A stretch of DNA of 32,000 bases from Vulcanisaeta distributa DSM 14429. GTDB taxonomy: Archaea; Thermoproteota; Thermoprotei; Thermoproteales; Thermocladiaceae. Both the position numbers and the translations under genes were made by a program. Location: contig NC_014537.1 of NCBI RefSeq assembly GCF_000148385.1, positions 120,001-152,000 on the forward strand, in the 5' to 3' direction. The stretch's first letter is position 1, and every line of letters begins with the position of its first letter. Below are positions 16,442 to 25,790 of the stretch, piece after piece. The notes beneath the pieces were generated by a model, which saw only the letters and a program-made list of their open reading frames with translations, was not told the DNA's origin and ran no database searches.

Positions 16442-18532
16442 TCATTGTTGTGCTTCCTTGATTCTTGGTTCTAGTTCGATGATGCCCAGCCTCTTTATTG
16501 GCTCCGTTATTATGAGTGCCTTTGTGGTTAAGCCCTGCATGTGCGGTGGCAGTGCCGTTACCAACCACTTCATGTCCTCACTGGTCAACTGGAGGGCTTG
16601 GCTTACTGAGGCTACGTATGCGTCGTTCCCTCCTAACACGATGATTAGGGGTATGTTCTGAAGCACGTCACTCCCTATGCCAGTTAGTGTCTGGGTTATG
16701 AACACCGTGCCGAGGCCGAACTTCCTAACACCCCTAACCAGTAGCTCGGCTAGTGGTGAGTTTAGTAGGTAATAAGCCTCGTCTATGATGAGCAACTGCC
16801 GTAGTTGCTCACCTATGCTCATACTCATCACGTGGCTGTAGACGTGGTCAGCCACCACACCCATCATGAAAGCCATCACGTCCGGCGAAGCCCTAACCGA
16901 GCCGAACAATAGGGCCTTATTGTTTAGTAACTCACTGACCGGCACCACCTCGGCGCCCCTGAGGTGGCTCATTAATCGGTCGAGGGCTAGGGCCACCGAG
17001 TCATCGTCAGTGGCTGCCCTTAGGAACTCCATTGCCTTGAAGAAGTCCCTGTAAATGCCATTTGAGTATATCAACCTCAAGTCCGGCAGCATTGGCTTGG
17101 CGTCAATGCCGAGTATTGAGAATTCGGTAATGAGCCTATGAACCCTCTCAACATCAGTTAAGCCGTCAAGCTCGAAGAAATTAATGAATTTCCTAGTCAC
17201 GTCAATGGGCTCAATGCCCTGTATCCTCAGGTACTCACCGTGCGGGTCCAGGATGAGCGCCTTAATACCACTATTCATCAACCTGTGTAGGATTGTTGAT
17301 ACTGTCCAGGTCTTACCCATACCCGTTGGACCAACAACGAGCATGTGACCACTGGGCAACGCATCGAGGTCTATCTCCAACTCACTTCCCTCCCTATCCC
17401 TACCAAGCCTAACCCTAGCCCTCGAGGATTCGGCAATCAACCTGCCACCGTGGAATATGGGCACGATGGCTACGTCGTGGCTCAACTCATCGATTGTCGG
17501 CATTGACCAGAGTGGTAGCTGTCCCCTAAGCCAAGCCATGCGCATGTTCGTGTCGGGCAGGTCCCTATCACTAAGTATCATGACCCTCACAGGCTCCTCG
17601 GCGTTCTGGGTTATCCTATCAAGGACCACACGCCACCTACTGACTGCAGGCAGTGCCTTACCCCTCTCCTGGACAACGAGTTTTTCGTACTCCCTAGCCA
17701 CCCTAGTCGAGGTTACTGCACGGAACTCTGGATTACCCGAGATGATTAGTGCGTAGTTCTGTAGGTAATTAGCCACCGCCGACGCGACGGCCCTAACATC
17801 ATCATCGCTGGGCATTGTGTAGATTTTGTTCGAGGTAGCAAGCCTACGCCTCAGAACGCTAAATTGGCCACCTCTGATCACGGAGTAATTGCCTAGGCTT
17901 TTAACAGTGATTGCCGCGATTGCGGCGATAGTGATTAATCCATAAACCCTGAATAATAGGTATGAGGCAAGAAGTAGTGTTACCAACGCGGTAATGAGCC
18001 TAGCCTTGCTCGGCGTTGTTGGGAATCCAACCAACCTCCTAAGCTCCTCACCACCCAACTGCCTAAGCACGAAGTACTGCCTGAGTAGGTTCTCCCTGGC
18101 GGTTAGCCAGTTCATGAAGTCCTGGAGCTCGTCCTCGCCCCTAACAACCCTCGAAAGCCTAATGAACTTTTCACCACCAAGCCTAATGAATGCAATAGCC
18201 TCATTGGTGCCTAGGTTTAATCGCCTAATCAACTCATCGAACAAACCAACGTATTGAGCACCGGTCAATCGGCTTATGTCAAACATGGGCTCGGCACTGT
18301 AAAAGACATGCATCAACCTGCCCCTCGCATCATACACGTAGTCCTCACCGAGAACCAGCCTAGGCGCTAAGCCTGGGTAGATCAGCGTGAGGATTGACTC
18401 CACCAGCCACTCCCTAAAGTCCCGGTAAAGCATTGCCAGTGGTAGGAGTAGGATAAGTGGCCTGTAGACAATGCCCATTACAATGACTCCAATTAGGATT
18501 GCCAGGTAGATCCTTGGGTCTATCTCAGGCAT
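16442..18532 (-). CDS. membrane-anchored VirB4/VirD4/HerA-type (CedB/TedB-like) P-loop ATPase
   Basis: ATG at 18532 sits 21 nt from the TATA box (the track uses TTG at 18547). N-terminal TM helices (IYLAILIGVIVMGIV.., LITALVTLLLASYLLF..ITIAAIAAITV). Walker A VVGPTGMGKTWT, Walker B LLIIDEAYYL, and VFITQT. Confidence 0.8.
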   Translation of the reverse strand: MPEIDPRIYLAILIGVIVMGIVYRPLILLLPLAMLYRDFREWLVESILTLIYPGLAPRLVLGEDYVYDARGRLMHVFYSAEPMFDISRLTGAQYVGLFDELIRRLNLGTNEAIAFIRLGGEKFIRLSRVVRGEDELQDFMNWLTARENLLRQYFVLRQLGGEELRRLVGFPTTPSKARLITALVTLLLASYLLFRVYGLITIAAIAAITVKSLGNYSVIRGGQFSVLRRRLATSNKIYTMPSDDDVRAVASAVANYLQNYALIISGNPEFRAVTSTRVAREYEKLVVQERGKALPAVSRWRVVLDRITQNAEEPVRVMILSDRDLPDTNMRMAWLRGQLPLWSMPTIDELSHDVAIVPIFHGGRLIAESSRARVRLGRDREGSELEIDLDALPSGHMLVVGPTGMGKTWTVSTILHRLMNSGIKALILDPHGEYLRIQGIEPIDVTRKFINFFELDGLTDVERVHRLITEFSILGIDAKPMLPDLRLIYSNGIYRDFFKAMEFLRAATDDDSVALALDRLMSHLRGAEVVPVSELLNNKALLFGSVRASPDVMAFMMGVVADHVYSHVMSMSIGEQLRQLLIIDEAYYLLNSPLAELLVRGVRKFGLGTVFITQTLTGIGSDVLQNIPLIIVLGGNDAYVASVSQALQLTSEDMKWLVTALPPHMQGLTTKALIITEPIKRLGIIELEPRIKEAQQ

Positions 18533-18552
18533 CAATTTGATCGCCAACAGCC

Positions 18553-18560
18553 CTTAAAAG
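18553..18560 (-). promoter_or_regulatory. TATA box inside the palindrome CAGCCC-TTAAAAG-GGGCTG
   Basis: 21 nt from ATG 18532. The 6-bp flanking inverted repeat spans 18548-18566. Confidence 0.5.
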
Positions 18561-18567
18561 GGGCTGG

Positions 18568-19071
18568 TCAACGGTGAGGCCTAATGAACCTAGGCAACCA
18601 GGACAACCTATTACTCCTAGCCTGATTAACCCTGTAATCGCCGTTTATGACAGCCTTAAGGTCCTCCGGGCTTATCCTAACACCCTCACCCTGCAGTATG
18701 CCCATGAGTTGGTTAACATCAACCCTCCCAGTCTCCACGTACTCCCTAACCGCGTAATCACCGCATTGCAGTAGGTCGCACTGGGAGAGTAGTATCAACA
18801 CAGCCTCAACGCTCAAGCCCCTAGCCAAAACCTCACTGAGTAATTCATTGATTGACTCGGGGGTGAAGTAATTAACGAGCCTCGAAAGGACTGAGCGGCA
18901 GTAATCCCTAAGGGGCTCTGCGCACCTCAGGGACCAGGAATTAACGAATCTCGCCAACTCCCTGTTATCGCTGATTATCGACTTAACCCTAGCCATCCTG
19001 AGTTTCACCCTCCCCAACTCCACAATCTCCCTCTCCAGGCTCCTCAACCCATCCCTCCTAAGCAGCCTCAT
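18568..19071 (-). CDS. hypothetical protein
   Basis: 167-aa ORF. Its ATG overlaps the upstream stop (ATGA). Confidence 0.6.
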   Translation of the reverse strand: MRLLRRDGLRSLEREIVELGRVKLRMARVKSIISDNRELARFVNSWSLRCAEPLRDYCRSVLSRLVNYFTPESINELLSEVLARGLSVEAVLILLSQCDLLQCGDYAVREYVETGRVDVNQLMGILQGEGVRISPEDLKAVINGDYRVNQARSNRLSWLPRFIRPHR

Positions 19072-19442
19072 TGCCCTTCACCAACACCGCAGCCACACCT
19101 AGCCCTAAGCCACCTCCTGAAGGCATCCCCATACGCCTTGCCCACCCTCTCCTCAATCAATCTAACCCAATCCTCGGGATTCACGCCCCTGAGCGGCTCA
19201 TCACTATTAAGCAGCCTAGTCACTATGATAGCCCTCTCAATACTCGACAACCTATCAATCTCAGCAAGAACAGACTCAAGAATAGCCTGACCAGGCATTG
19301 GGAAGGGCAAGGGCTGACCCTGAGGACCCGGCGGAGGAGCTGGCAAGGAATCAACGACAGGCTGAACACCCGACCGACCATCCTGATCACCCCTACTAAT
19401 TAAACTCCTAAGGAAATTACTCATTGGGCTTTGGCCACTCAT
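19068..19442 (-). CDS. hypothetical protein with a Pro/Gln-rich linker
   Basis: 124-aa ORF. The ATG is 21 nt from the TATA box at 19463-19470. Confidence 0.55.
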   Translation of the reverse strand: MSGQSPMSNFLRSLISRGDQDGRSGVQPVVDSLPAPPPGPQGQPLPFPMPGQAILESVLAEIDRLSSIERAIIVTRLLNSDEPLRGVNPEDWVRLIEERVGKAYGDAFRRWLRARCGCGVGEGQ

Positions 19443-19462
19443 CAGTAGGGATTAATGATTAA

Positions 19463-19470
19463 TTTATAAG
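19463..19470 (-). promoter_or_regulatory. TATA box (sense CTTATAAA)
   Basis: 21 nt from ATG 19442. Confidence 0.5.
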
Positions 19471-19697
19471 GGGTAGGGGTGGTTGTTAGGTATTAAGGTC
19501 TTGATCACCGTTTAAACATGAAATTGACCAATCAACAGATTTAATAACGGAATACGCCATACTCACGGTACAATCACTCATTAAAAGTAGTACGAAAGGC
19601 ACTACGTGGCTAATTACCTCCTCATTAACCATGCACTAAATAACGTATGAAAATCTCGATAAATCCTTATTAATTTTTGTAATTATTAAGAAAAATC

Positions 19698-19889
19698 GTG
19701 ATCGCCGTACCTCTAAGGGTCGGGATTGAGATTAAGAAGGAGTACGTTTATTCAATAACCATCGTGAATGCTCAGAACCATTGCGACGTCCTTAGGAACA
19801 TTAAGACCCATTGTGAATCGACGTATGGTAGGGGTCACCCAGCGTGCCAGGGCTTAGAGACTGCCATTAACCACCTATGCAAAACCTAG
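19698..19889 (+). CDS. possible small Cys/His-rich protein
   Basis: 63-aa ORF with a GTG start 25 nt downstream of CCTTATTAAT (19665-19674). It contains 4 Cys and 4 His. It is convergent with the 225-aa gene and sits in an AT-rich 450-bp gap. Confidence 0.3.
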   Translation: MIAVPLRVGIEIKKEYVYSITIVNAQNHCDVLRNIKTHCESTYGRGHPACQGLETAINHLCKT

Positions 19890-20567
19890 TCATAAGCACT
19901 TTACGTTATTCTTCATTGGAACTTTATTTCTACAGTAGGACTCTAGGCATGCCCTTATCACATCACCAAGTCTTGCATTACATTCAATTCCATTGGCATT
20001 CTCGGCGGCGGCCCTAAATTTTATGGTATTGTTTTCATCAACGTCAGATGCGCATTGACTAAAGAGTTGAGGTTGATTTATGTGATACCTTGCACACATA
20101 ACATTGCCTGGAGGGAATACGAGAATGTATTGTTTATTAACAAATTGGTTAATATTCTGACAGACACTATTCGGTTTAATGTTCCCTAACGGGCCCCAGG
20201 CTGGGACTAACCTAAAGAGTATTAATGATTCCCTACCAACAATGTTCGTACTCACGGGATCATTGGGTAAAGCCCAGGCAGCTGATGCGCCATGAAGTTC
20301 AATATTATTGTCACGTAAGACCCCAACCCAGCCAGTGGCATTCCTCGTAACGAACCTCTCACCAATGCGCCAGTGATACCTAACCTCAAGCCTGGCGCCA
20401 CATTGAATAACCGTGACGTTCTGGCCATAAAAGTTAATATCTAACTCATTACCTGTAATGCCTACTAATTTGAACTCAGGCTTAAGACGCGTAGAAACGA
20501 CATAGCCAACAATACCACCAACAAAGCCAACAATACCACTAATAAGCTCATTTAACCATGCACTCAT
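19890..20567 (-). CDS. secreted or membrane-anchored Cys-rich protein with an N-terminal LNELISGIVGF hydrophobic signal
   Basis: 225-aa ORF with a single N-terminal hydrophobic helix. Its N-terminal motif is shared with the 257-aa ORF at 24638..25411. Confidence 0.65.
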   Translation of the reverse strand: MSAWLNELISGIVGFVGGIVGYVVSTRLKPEFKLVGITGNELDINFYGQNVTVIQCGARLEVRYHWRIGERFVTRNATGWVGVLRDNNIELHGASAAWALPNDPVSTNIVGRESLILFRLVPAWGPLGNIKPNSVCQNINQFVNKQYILVFPPGNVMCARYHINQPQLFSQCASDVDENNTIKFRAAAENANGIECNARLGDVIRACLESYCRNKVPMKNNVKCL

Positions 20568-20590
20568 TAATTAATAATCATATTTTAGCA

Positions 20591-20598
20591 CTTAAAAG
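20591..20598 (-). promoter_or_regulatory. TATA box (sense CTTTTAAG)
   Basis: 24 nt from ATG 20567. Confidence 0.45.
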
Positions 20599-20623
20599 TT
20601 TCCATTATCATTAGTTTTAGGGT

Positions 20624-21442
20624 TCATGATAGGCTTATTGATCCTGTTAGTAATGCCTTTGCTTGCCTTGTTAGTGTGTTGGTTATTGTTTCTATGGCCT
20701 TCTTGAATTGTGTTAGTGAGCCCTTTGGTTCGTATAGTACTGCGGGCTTCATTGTGGCTGTTAGGTACTGCGCAATGGGGCTTGTTGGTACTGTGAATAC
20801 CTCGCCGTTGTGTGCGTAGCCCCTGACCCTGCTCTCCACGGAGTCTAGGCTGGGTAGTGCCTTGTTTAGGATTACGTTGATTATCTTCCTATATCTGAGC
20901 TGGGTTATCATTGGCTGTATGTACGTGTCATCAATCTCCCTAAGCACATACTCACTATACGCCGCGTGGTCAAGGACTATGTTTATTATCTGCGACGTAA
21001 CCAACGCCGGTATTAGAATGGGCATTGGGGCGTTTGCGGGTAGGTCAATGAGGACTAACTGCGAGCCTGTGGCCATCACCAGCGAATTCACCAGGTAAAC
21101 CCACCTATTGAAGGATTCATTGACACCCAGCGTCAATTGGTAGGACTTGACACTGCCCGGGGGTACCACGAGTACGCTGGGCATGTACGTCGACCTACTA
21201 ACCAGTTGGTTAACATCACTCACAGCCCCAACTAGGAAGTCCAGCGCGCCCCGTCTCTCGGGGACAATGCCCAGGGTCCTACTGGACGTCTGGCTTGAGT
21301 CGATGCCGAGGTCGATCAGTAATACGTTAGCCCTAAGTGATTGGCTCATGGTTATCGCAAGGTTGGCGGCCAACGTACTCTTCCCAGTCCCACCCTTACT
21401 CCCACTGAAGAATGCCATCACGGCATACCTAGGCCTAAGCAT
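20624..21442 (-). CDS. ParA/MinD-family ATPase (TadZ/FlhG-like position in the pilus operon)
   Basis: Deviant Walker A FFSGSKGGTGKST. The ATG at 21442 overlaps the upstream stop (ATGA). Confidence 0.85.
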   Translation of the reverse strand: MLRPRYAVMAFFSGSKGGTGKSTLAANLAITMSQSLRANVLLIDLGIDSSQTSSRTLGIVPERRGALDFLVGAVSDVNQLVSRSTYMPSVLVVPPGSVKSYQLTLGVNESFNRWVYLVNSLVMATGSQLVLIDLPANAPMPILIPALVTSQIINIVLDHAAYSEYVLREIDDTYIQPMITQLRYRKIINVILNKALPSLDSVESRVRGYAHNGEVFTVPTSPIAQYLTATMKPAVLYEPKGSLTQFKKAIETITNTLTRQAKALLTGSISLS

Positions 21443-23004
21443 CAATTACCACCCTCATTGGCTTTAAAAGCCTCAGAGTCTAGGCTGAGCAACTCATCGG
21501 GCAGGGGCAGCGGCTTAACCTCGCCGCTGAACTGCTCCGTATTAACCTCGGCAGTCACATCCACAGCCTTAAGGACTGCCTCAGGCTGTTTGTAAAATAC
21601 GTAGAGCAGGCCGGCCAACTGCTCATGATCTATGTTCGCATTGACGGCCTTGGTTAGGAACGCGGTCCTAAGCTCTAACTGCCTACTCACGTAATCCGGG
21701 CCGTAATCCTTAACAAGGGCGTTCATGTAAGGCTCAGTGTTGTGAATCCTCCTAACAAACCTCCTGGTGACAACCTCATAGACCCCCGTCTCCGGGTTGA
21801 ACCTAACGTCCCTACTCATGCCAACCTCAACAACCACCGACAGCTTCAGTAACTCCTCGGCCTCCAGGCCCATGTTTGCCAGCCTAACCTCGGCTGCCCT
21901 GTAGTCCTCCGCGTGGAATGTGGTCAATGCGCCGTGGCCTAGGGTCACAGCCTCGGCCAAGGCCCTGAACTCATCCCTCGACCTAGCCTCATTTAGGACT
22001 ATGACGTCGACTCCGGACCTAAGGGCCTGCCTAATCAACTCAGCCTTATCAATGCCCCTAATCCCATGCGCATAAGCCACCCTCTCAAACATCGGCTTAA
22101 CCACCTGGTGGTGAGGCAGGAAGAGCTCAGCCACATCCATTATCAATGCCATGGACTTTGTGACCAGCATGAAGGCGACTGCGTTCTGCAGGCTCGTCTT
22201 GCCACTCCCCATGGGCCCAGTTATCAGTATGGGCACCTTATGATCAGCCAGGAGCCACAGCCTTGCCGAGTCCTCAATACCAATCATCCCACGCCTAATC
22301 AACTCGGGGAGTGTCCATGGCCTCCTAGGAAGAACCCTAATACTCATTGAGCCCGGGCTCACCGGCTCACTCTCGGCACTAACCCTAACACCGAATTCAG
22401 GATCCACGACAGAGGCTACCGGGTTGTACGTCGTTATTGCGGTCCTAGTCCTCTGGGCCACGCGCCTCATTAGGTAGTCGATGAATGCGTTGAGGTCGAA
22501 GGTGATGGTTTTGACAGCCTTCCCACTCCTCCTCACCTCGTAGGGCTCCCAACCAATGATCACCTGGACCCTACCCAGTAGGGCATGCTCTATGTAGACC
22601 CCACCAAGCCCAAACCTGGTGTTGGCCTTGTTTATGTGTATGTCCGTCACATCATCCATGAGGAGCAGCGGCGTCAACGCACCGTAGTAATTAAACCACC
22701 TATTGAAGACCTTAACAGCCAAGTCAACACTCTCCCTACTTGGCTTAACACCAATCATCCTTAGGCCCCTCTCCACAGCCCTCTCAAGCCTCACCCCACT
22801 GCCGAACCAATCAACGATCCTATCCAGTGGTAGGGCAATTAACCAGTCAGGCACATCATCAATCACGTAAGCCACGTAGTCGTGGACACCATACTGACTG
22901 GACTGAATGAGGTGAACCTCAACGTCAGTCCTAATACCGCCAAACTCAATGATTTGGTGCCTCACCAAGCCCTGGCTAATGACCCTAGGCCTTGACACGT
23001 GCAT
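21442..23004 (-). CDS. type IV pilus / type II/IV secretion family ATPase (FlaI/TadA/VirB11-like)
   Basis: Walker A ILITGPMGSGKTS, Walker B and Glu VDVIVLNEARSRDE, His box TLGHGALTTFHA. I chose the ATG at 23004; the track uses TTG at 23016. Confidence 0.9.
   Translation of the reverse strand: MHVSRPRVISQGLVRHQIIEFGGIRTDVEVHLIQSSQYGVHDYVAYVIDDVPDWLIALPLDRIVDWFGSGVRLERAVERGLRMIGVKPSRESVDLAVKVFNRWFNYYGALTPLLLMDDVTDIHINKANTRFGLGGVYIEHALLGRVQVIIGWEPYEVRRSGKAVKTITFDLNAFIDYLMRRVAQRTRTAITTYNPVASVVDPEFGVRVSAESEPVSPGSMSIRVLPRRPWTLPELIRRGMIGIEDSARLWLLADHKVPILITGPMGSGKTSLQNAVAFMLVTKSMALIMDVAELFLPHHQVVKPMFERVAYAHGIRGIDKAELIRQALRSGVDVIVLNEARSRDEFRALAEAVTLGHGALTTFHAEDYRAAEVRLANMGLEAEELLKLSVVVEVGMSRDVRFNPETGVYEVVTRRFVRRIHNTEPYMNALVKDYGPDYVSRQLELRTAFLTKAVNANIDHEQLAGLLYVFYKQPEAVLKAVDVTAEVNTEQFSGEVKPLPLPDELLSLDSEAFKANEGGN
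21463..21470 (-). promoter_or_regulatory. TATA-like box inside the 3' end of the ATPase gene
   Basis: GGCTTTAAAAGCC, 21 nt from ATG 21442. Possible internal promoter. Confidence 0.35.
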
Positions 23005-23009
23005 GCGGA

Positions 23010-24125
23010 TCACCAAATGAGCGGTATCAACGGCGCCAAGAATATCGGTACCAGGCTGATGCCGAGGCCCACTGAGTGCATCGCCTTACCAACCAGGATG
23101 GACGTGGTTATGGCCAGAGGCATCAACGTGGCATTGACTAGCTGCGGGTCTAGGCTGATGGGCATGCCTAAGCCCGTTATCGCCGTGGCGTGTATGCCGG
23201 CCAGTACGTAGGCTGTGAACACCATGAATGCGTAGCCCACGGCAATGAAGGGCCCGTAGATGAAGCCCATCATTACCGAACGCCTGATGAAGTCTATTAG
23301 TGAGTCGACAACCATGTTCACACGCTCAACAAACTCCCTAACACCAACGCCATATGCATAGTCCCAGAGCGGCTTGAGATCTCGCTCGACCACGGTCAGC
23401 GGCCTTGGTGGTTGTGGGTTTGGTACCGTGAGTAGGTCATTGAATGAGCTCAAAACCCTCTGGGGAAGCCCCAGGTAATTCGCCACGAACCTAATGAACT
23501 GAGGCATGTACAAAACGGCGAAGCCAACGCCGAAGCCCAGGGCGGTTATAAACCAAAGCCTCGTGGCGCCCAGGCCCACTAGGTAATTGCCCAGTGTGAA
23601 TGCCGTTAAACCACCGATTAAGCCTGCCATCGCTGGCTTGGTGTAGTCGTACCTAACTAGCTCCACCTGGTAGTGGTGGATGATTGGTAATAGGGCGATG
23701 CCTATTATGGATACTGTGGGCGGTGCACCGAGTATTGCCATGAAGGATGCTACACCGAGCATTACCGCAATGATGATCACGGCAGTCAACGCCTTACCCT
23801 GCCAATCAAGCTGCTGGTTAAGCCAATTACTGAACTTGCTCATCAACGCCAAAAACGTGATTGATGGATCACTACCGGCGGTGAAGTAGGAGTTGGCTAT
23901 GCTGAGGAGCTCCCTCCTAAAACCCCTGGGTAGGGCCCATGGGTTGTTGAAGGCCCTCATCACAGTGGCTATCCTACGCCAAGCCCTACTGAGCTTAGCA
24001 CTCTCGTTAACCGCATTATCAACCCCATCCACCGGGGCCCTAACTATGAAGACTAAGTCGGCAACAACCTCCCCAACATCCATCAAGAGGACAATAAACA
24101 GGCATTTTAAGGGGGAATTAACCAA
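23010..24125 (-). CDS. TadC/FlaJ/GspF-like pilus platform membrane protein
   Basis: 371-aa ORF with a two-fold pattern of soluble helical segment followed by a TM cluster. It sits immediately upstream of the ATPase. The start is uncertain: TTG at 24125 or ATG at 24083. Confidence 0.7.
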   Translation of the reverse strand: MVNSPLKCLFIVLLMDVGEVVADLVFIVRAPVDGVDNAVNESAKLSRAWRRIATVMRAFNNPWALPRGFRRELLSIANSYFTAGSDPSITFLALMSKFSNWLNQQLDWQGKALTAVIIIAVMLGVASFMAILGAPPTVSIIGIALLPIIHHYQVELVRYDYTKPAMAGLIGGLTAFTLGNYLVGLGATRLWFITALGFGVGFAVLYMPQFIRFVANYLGLPQRVLSSFNDLLTVPNPQPPRPLTVVERDLKPLWDYAYGVGVREFVERVNMVVDSLIDFIRRSVMMGFIYGPFIAVGYAFMVFTAYVLAGIHATAITGLGMPISLDPQLVNATLMPLAITTSILVGKAMHSVGLGISLVPIFLAPLIPLIW

Positions 24126-24163
24126 TGATTTTGATTTTTAACGTCTTCACCGTTTTAACGAGT

Positions 24164-24604
24164 TCATGAGACCGCCGCGGTGTATGTGCCGCTGCTTGTT
24201 ATCACGGCTACGCTTGTGACTTCATCAACCCCTGGGTTGCAGTTTGAGTAGGTTATTGTCAGTGTTTGGCCTGGCTTAAGCGTTATTGGTAAGCCGCCGC
24301 TCAACTGCTGGCCGTCTAGGTAGTACGTGGTTAATGAGCACGTTGCCTGGCCCTGCCCGGCATATAGGATTACGCTCTCAACCCTCAAACTCCCAACACC
24401 AGCATCCTTAATATTCACGAACAATACCCCACTACTCGTTGTTGCAGTCACCATTGGGGCATTCGCCATACCCAACGACCTACTCACACCTCCATACACC
24501 ACGTACATTACGACCAACGCCATGACCATACCCACTAAGGTAACCACAAGCCAAAGCACAGTAAACTCACCACCCCTAGCCCTACTCTCCACCTTAGTGC
24601 TCAT
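24164..24604 (-). CDS. pilin-like protein (class III signal peptide-like N-terminus)
   Basis: ATG at 24604 is 21 nt from the TATA box. The sequence MSTKVESRARG/GEFTVLWLVVTLVGMVMALVV is followed by a beta-rich, Thr/Ser-rich domain. Confidence 0.65.
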   Translation of the reverse strand: MSTKVESRARGGEFTVLWLVVTLVGMVMALVVMYVVYGGVSRSLGMANAPMVTATTSSGVLFVNIKDAGVGSLRVESVILYAGQGQATCSLTTYYLDGQQLSGGLPITLKPGQTLTITYSNCNPGVDEVTSVAVITSSGTYTAAVS

Positions 24605-24624
24605 CAATAGCACTTATTGACTTA

Positions 24625-24632
24625 TTTTTAAG
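24625..24632 (-). promoter_or_regulatory. TATA box (sense CTTAAAAA)
   Basis: 21 nt from ATG 24604. Confidence 0.5.
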
Positions 24633-24637
24633 GGGTC

Positions 24638-25411
24638 TTAGCCATTACATTTCACGTGTATTGTTAGGTCTGTGTTTGGTGATGCGATTAACATGTATGT
24701 GAACTGAATGTAGTTTAGGCCCTCAGTCTTTGATAGGAGTATTGGCTGGACGCCCGGGCTAGTCTCAAGCCAGCATTCAAGTGGCGTAGTACTATTATTG
24801 TATGCCAGGTAGTAGTATCTATACGTAACCTCGATGAGTAATGGGCCGTAGGTGAATATGTCCTTAACAGCATATCCACCGAAGTATGGGTTATTACTCT
24901 CATCAAGTCCGATGGAGCCACTCACGCCCTTATTATCCCCGACACCAACCCAACTCACAGAACCCTCACTAAAGGGATCAACGATTAAGGTTATGTTAAC
25001 CCAGCCGGAGCCTGACGGTGCATCATCAATCATGGACCAACCGCTGGCCCTGGCTATCACGCACACTGAGGGCTTTATTGCGGAGCAAACCATGACTGCG
25101 CTAGGCAAATCACTGGCTTGGTAGAACCAGGCCTGGTCATGGTACAGCACGTTGCTCCTAACCTCGATATGAGAGCCATCACTAAGGAATATCGCCTTAA
25201 CGAAGAATGGCTCATGACCAGCGTTGACCACGGCCATGTAGTAACCACCCTCGTAGGGCACAACATCAACCACAGGCCATAGGTAGTTGGCTAGGACTTG
25301 ACTTTGTACGTATTGGTAATATCCGTAGATCACCCCTCCAACGGCCATGGCCATTATCACCATCGCAATTATAAAGCCAACAACCCCACTAAACAACTCA
25401 TCAAGGTTCAT
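24638..25411 (-). CDS. secreted or membrane-anchored protein with an N-terminal LDELFSGVVGF hydrophobic signal
   Basis: 257-aa ORF with a single N-terminal helix. The motif is paralogous to the N-terminus of the 225-aa ORF. Confidence 0.65.
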   Translation of the reverse strand: MNLDELFSGVVGFIIAMVIMAMAVGGVIYGYYQYVQSQVLANYLWPVVDVVPYEGGYYMAVVNAGHEPFFVKAIFLSDGSHIEVRSNVLYHDQAWFYQASDLPSAVMVCSAIKPSVCVIARASGWSMIDDAPSGSGWVNITLIVDPFSEGSVSWVGVGDNKGVSGSIGLDESNNPYFGGYAVKDIFTYGPLLIEVTYRYYYLAYNNSTTPLECWLETSPGVQPILLSKTEGLNYIQFTYMLIASPNTDLTIHVKCNG

Positions 25412-25431
25412 CAGTTAGAAGGCTTTACCCA

Positions 25432-25439
25432 CTTTTAAG
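25432..25439 (-). promoter_or_regulatory. TATA box (sense CTTAAAAG, preceded by CCCGC)
   Basis: 21 nt from ATG 25411. Confidence 0.5.
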
Positions 25440-25446
25440 GCGGGCA

Positions 25447-25743
25447 TTACTGACTACTTACCACGGTGTTGTTCATTGGAATTGATGGGCATGAGTAGTA
25501 GGTTATGTTGTAGTAGCCGTTATTTACTGTGTAGACTAGGCAGTAACCATCAAGCACAGGCCCATTACCACCCACCTGGGTAACCGGCTTCGGCGGCTCG
25601 TAACTACCCATCAAGCCAGCCCAACGAGCCCTATCAATCATTGACTTACCAAGGGACACGCTGATCGCGATTAAGCCGGTAACGGCAATAATCGCCAAAG
25701 CCACTATAACCGCGGTGGTCACTGAGGTTATGCCGGACTTCAT
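25447..25743 (-). CDS. archaeal type IV pilin-like protein
   Basis: From ATG 25743 the sequence is MKSG/ITSVTTAVIVALAIIAVTGLIAI, a short basic N-terminus followed by a long hydrophobic helix typical of class III signal peptides. The track start, GTG at 25767, is too close to the TATA box. Confidence 0.7.
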   Translation of the reverse strand: MKSGITSVTTAVIVALAIIAVTGLIAISVSLGKSMIDRARWAGLMGSYEPPKPVTQVGGNGPVLDGYCLVYTVNNGYYNITYYSCPSIPMNNTVVSSQ

Positions 25744-25771
25744 GGGCAACCACCAAATCGATTTCACTTAA

Positions 25772-25779
25772 TTTTTAAG
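25772..25779 (-). promoter_or_regulatory. TATA box (sense CTTAAAAA, preceded by CCAC)
   Basis: 29 nt from ATG 25743. Confidence 0.45.
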
Positions 25780-25790
25780 GTGGTTAAGGG

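Noticed and set aside
16221-16568. 115-aa His/Thr/Lys-rich minus-strand ORF
   Set aside because: It lies in the CRISPR leader and overlaps the 3' end of the ATPase gene in another frame. Its composition reflects the strand skew of the leader.
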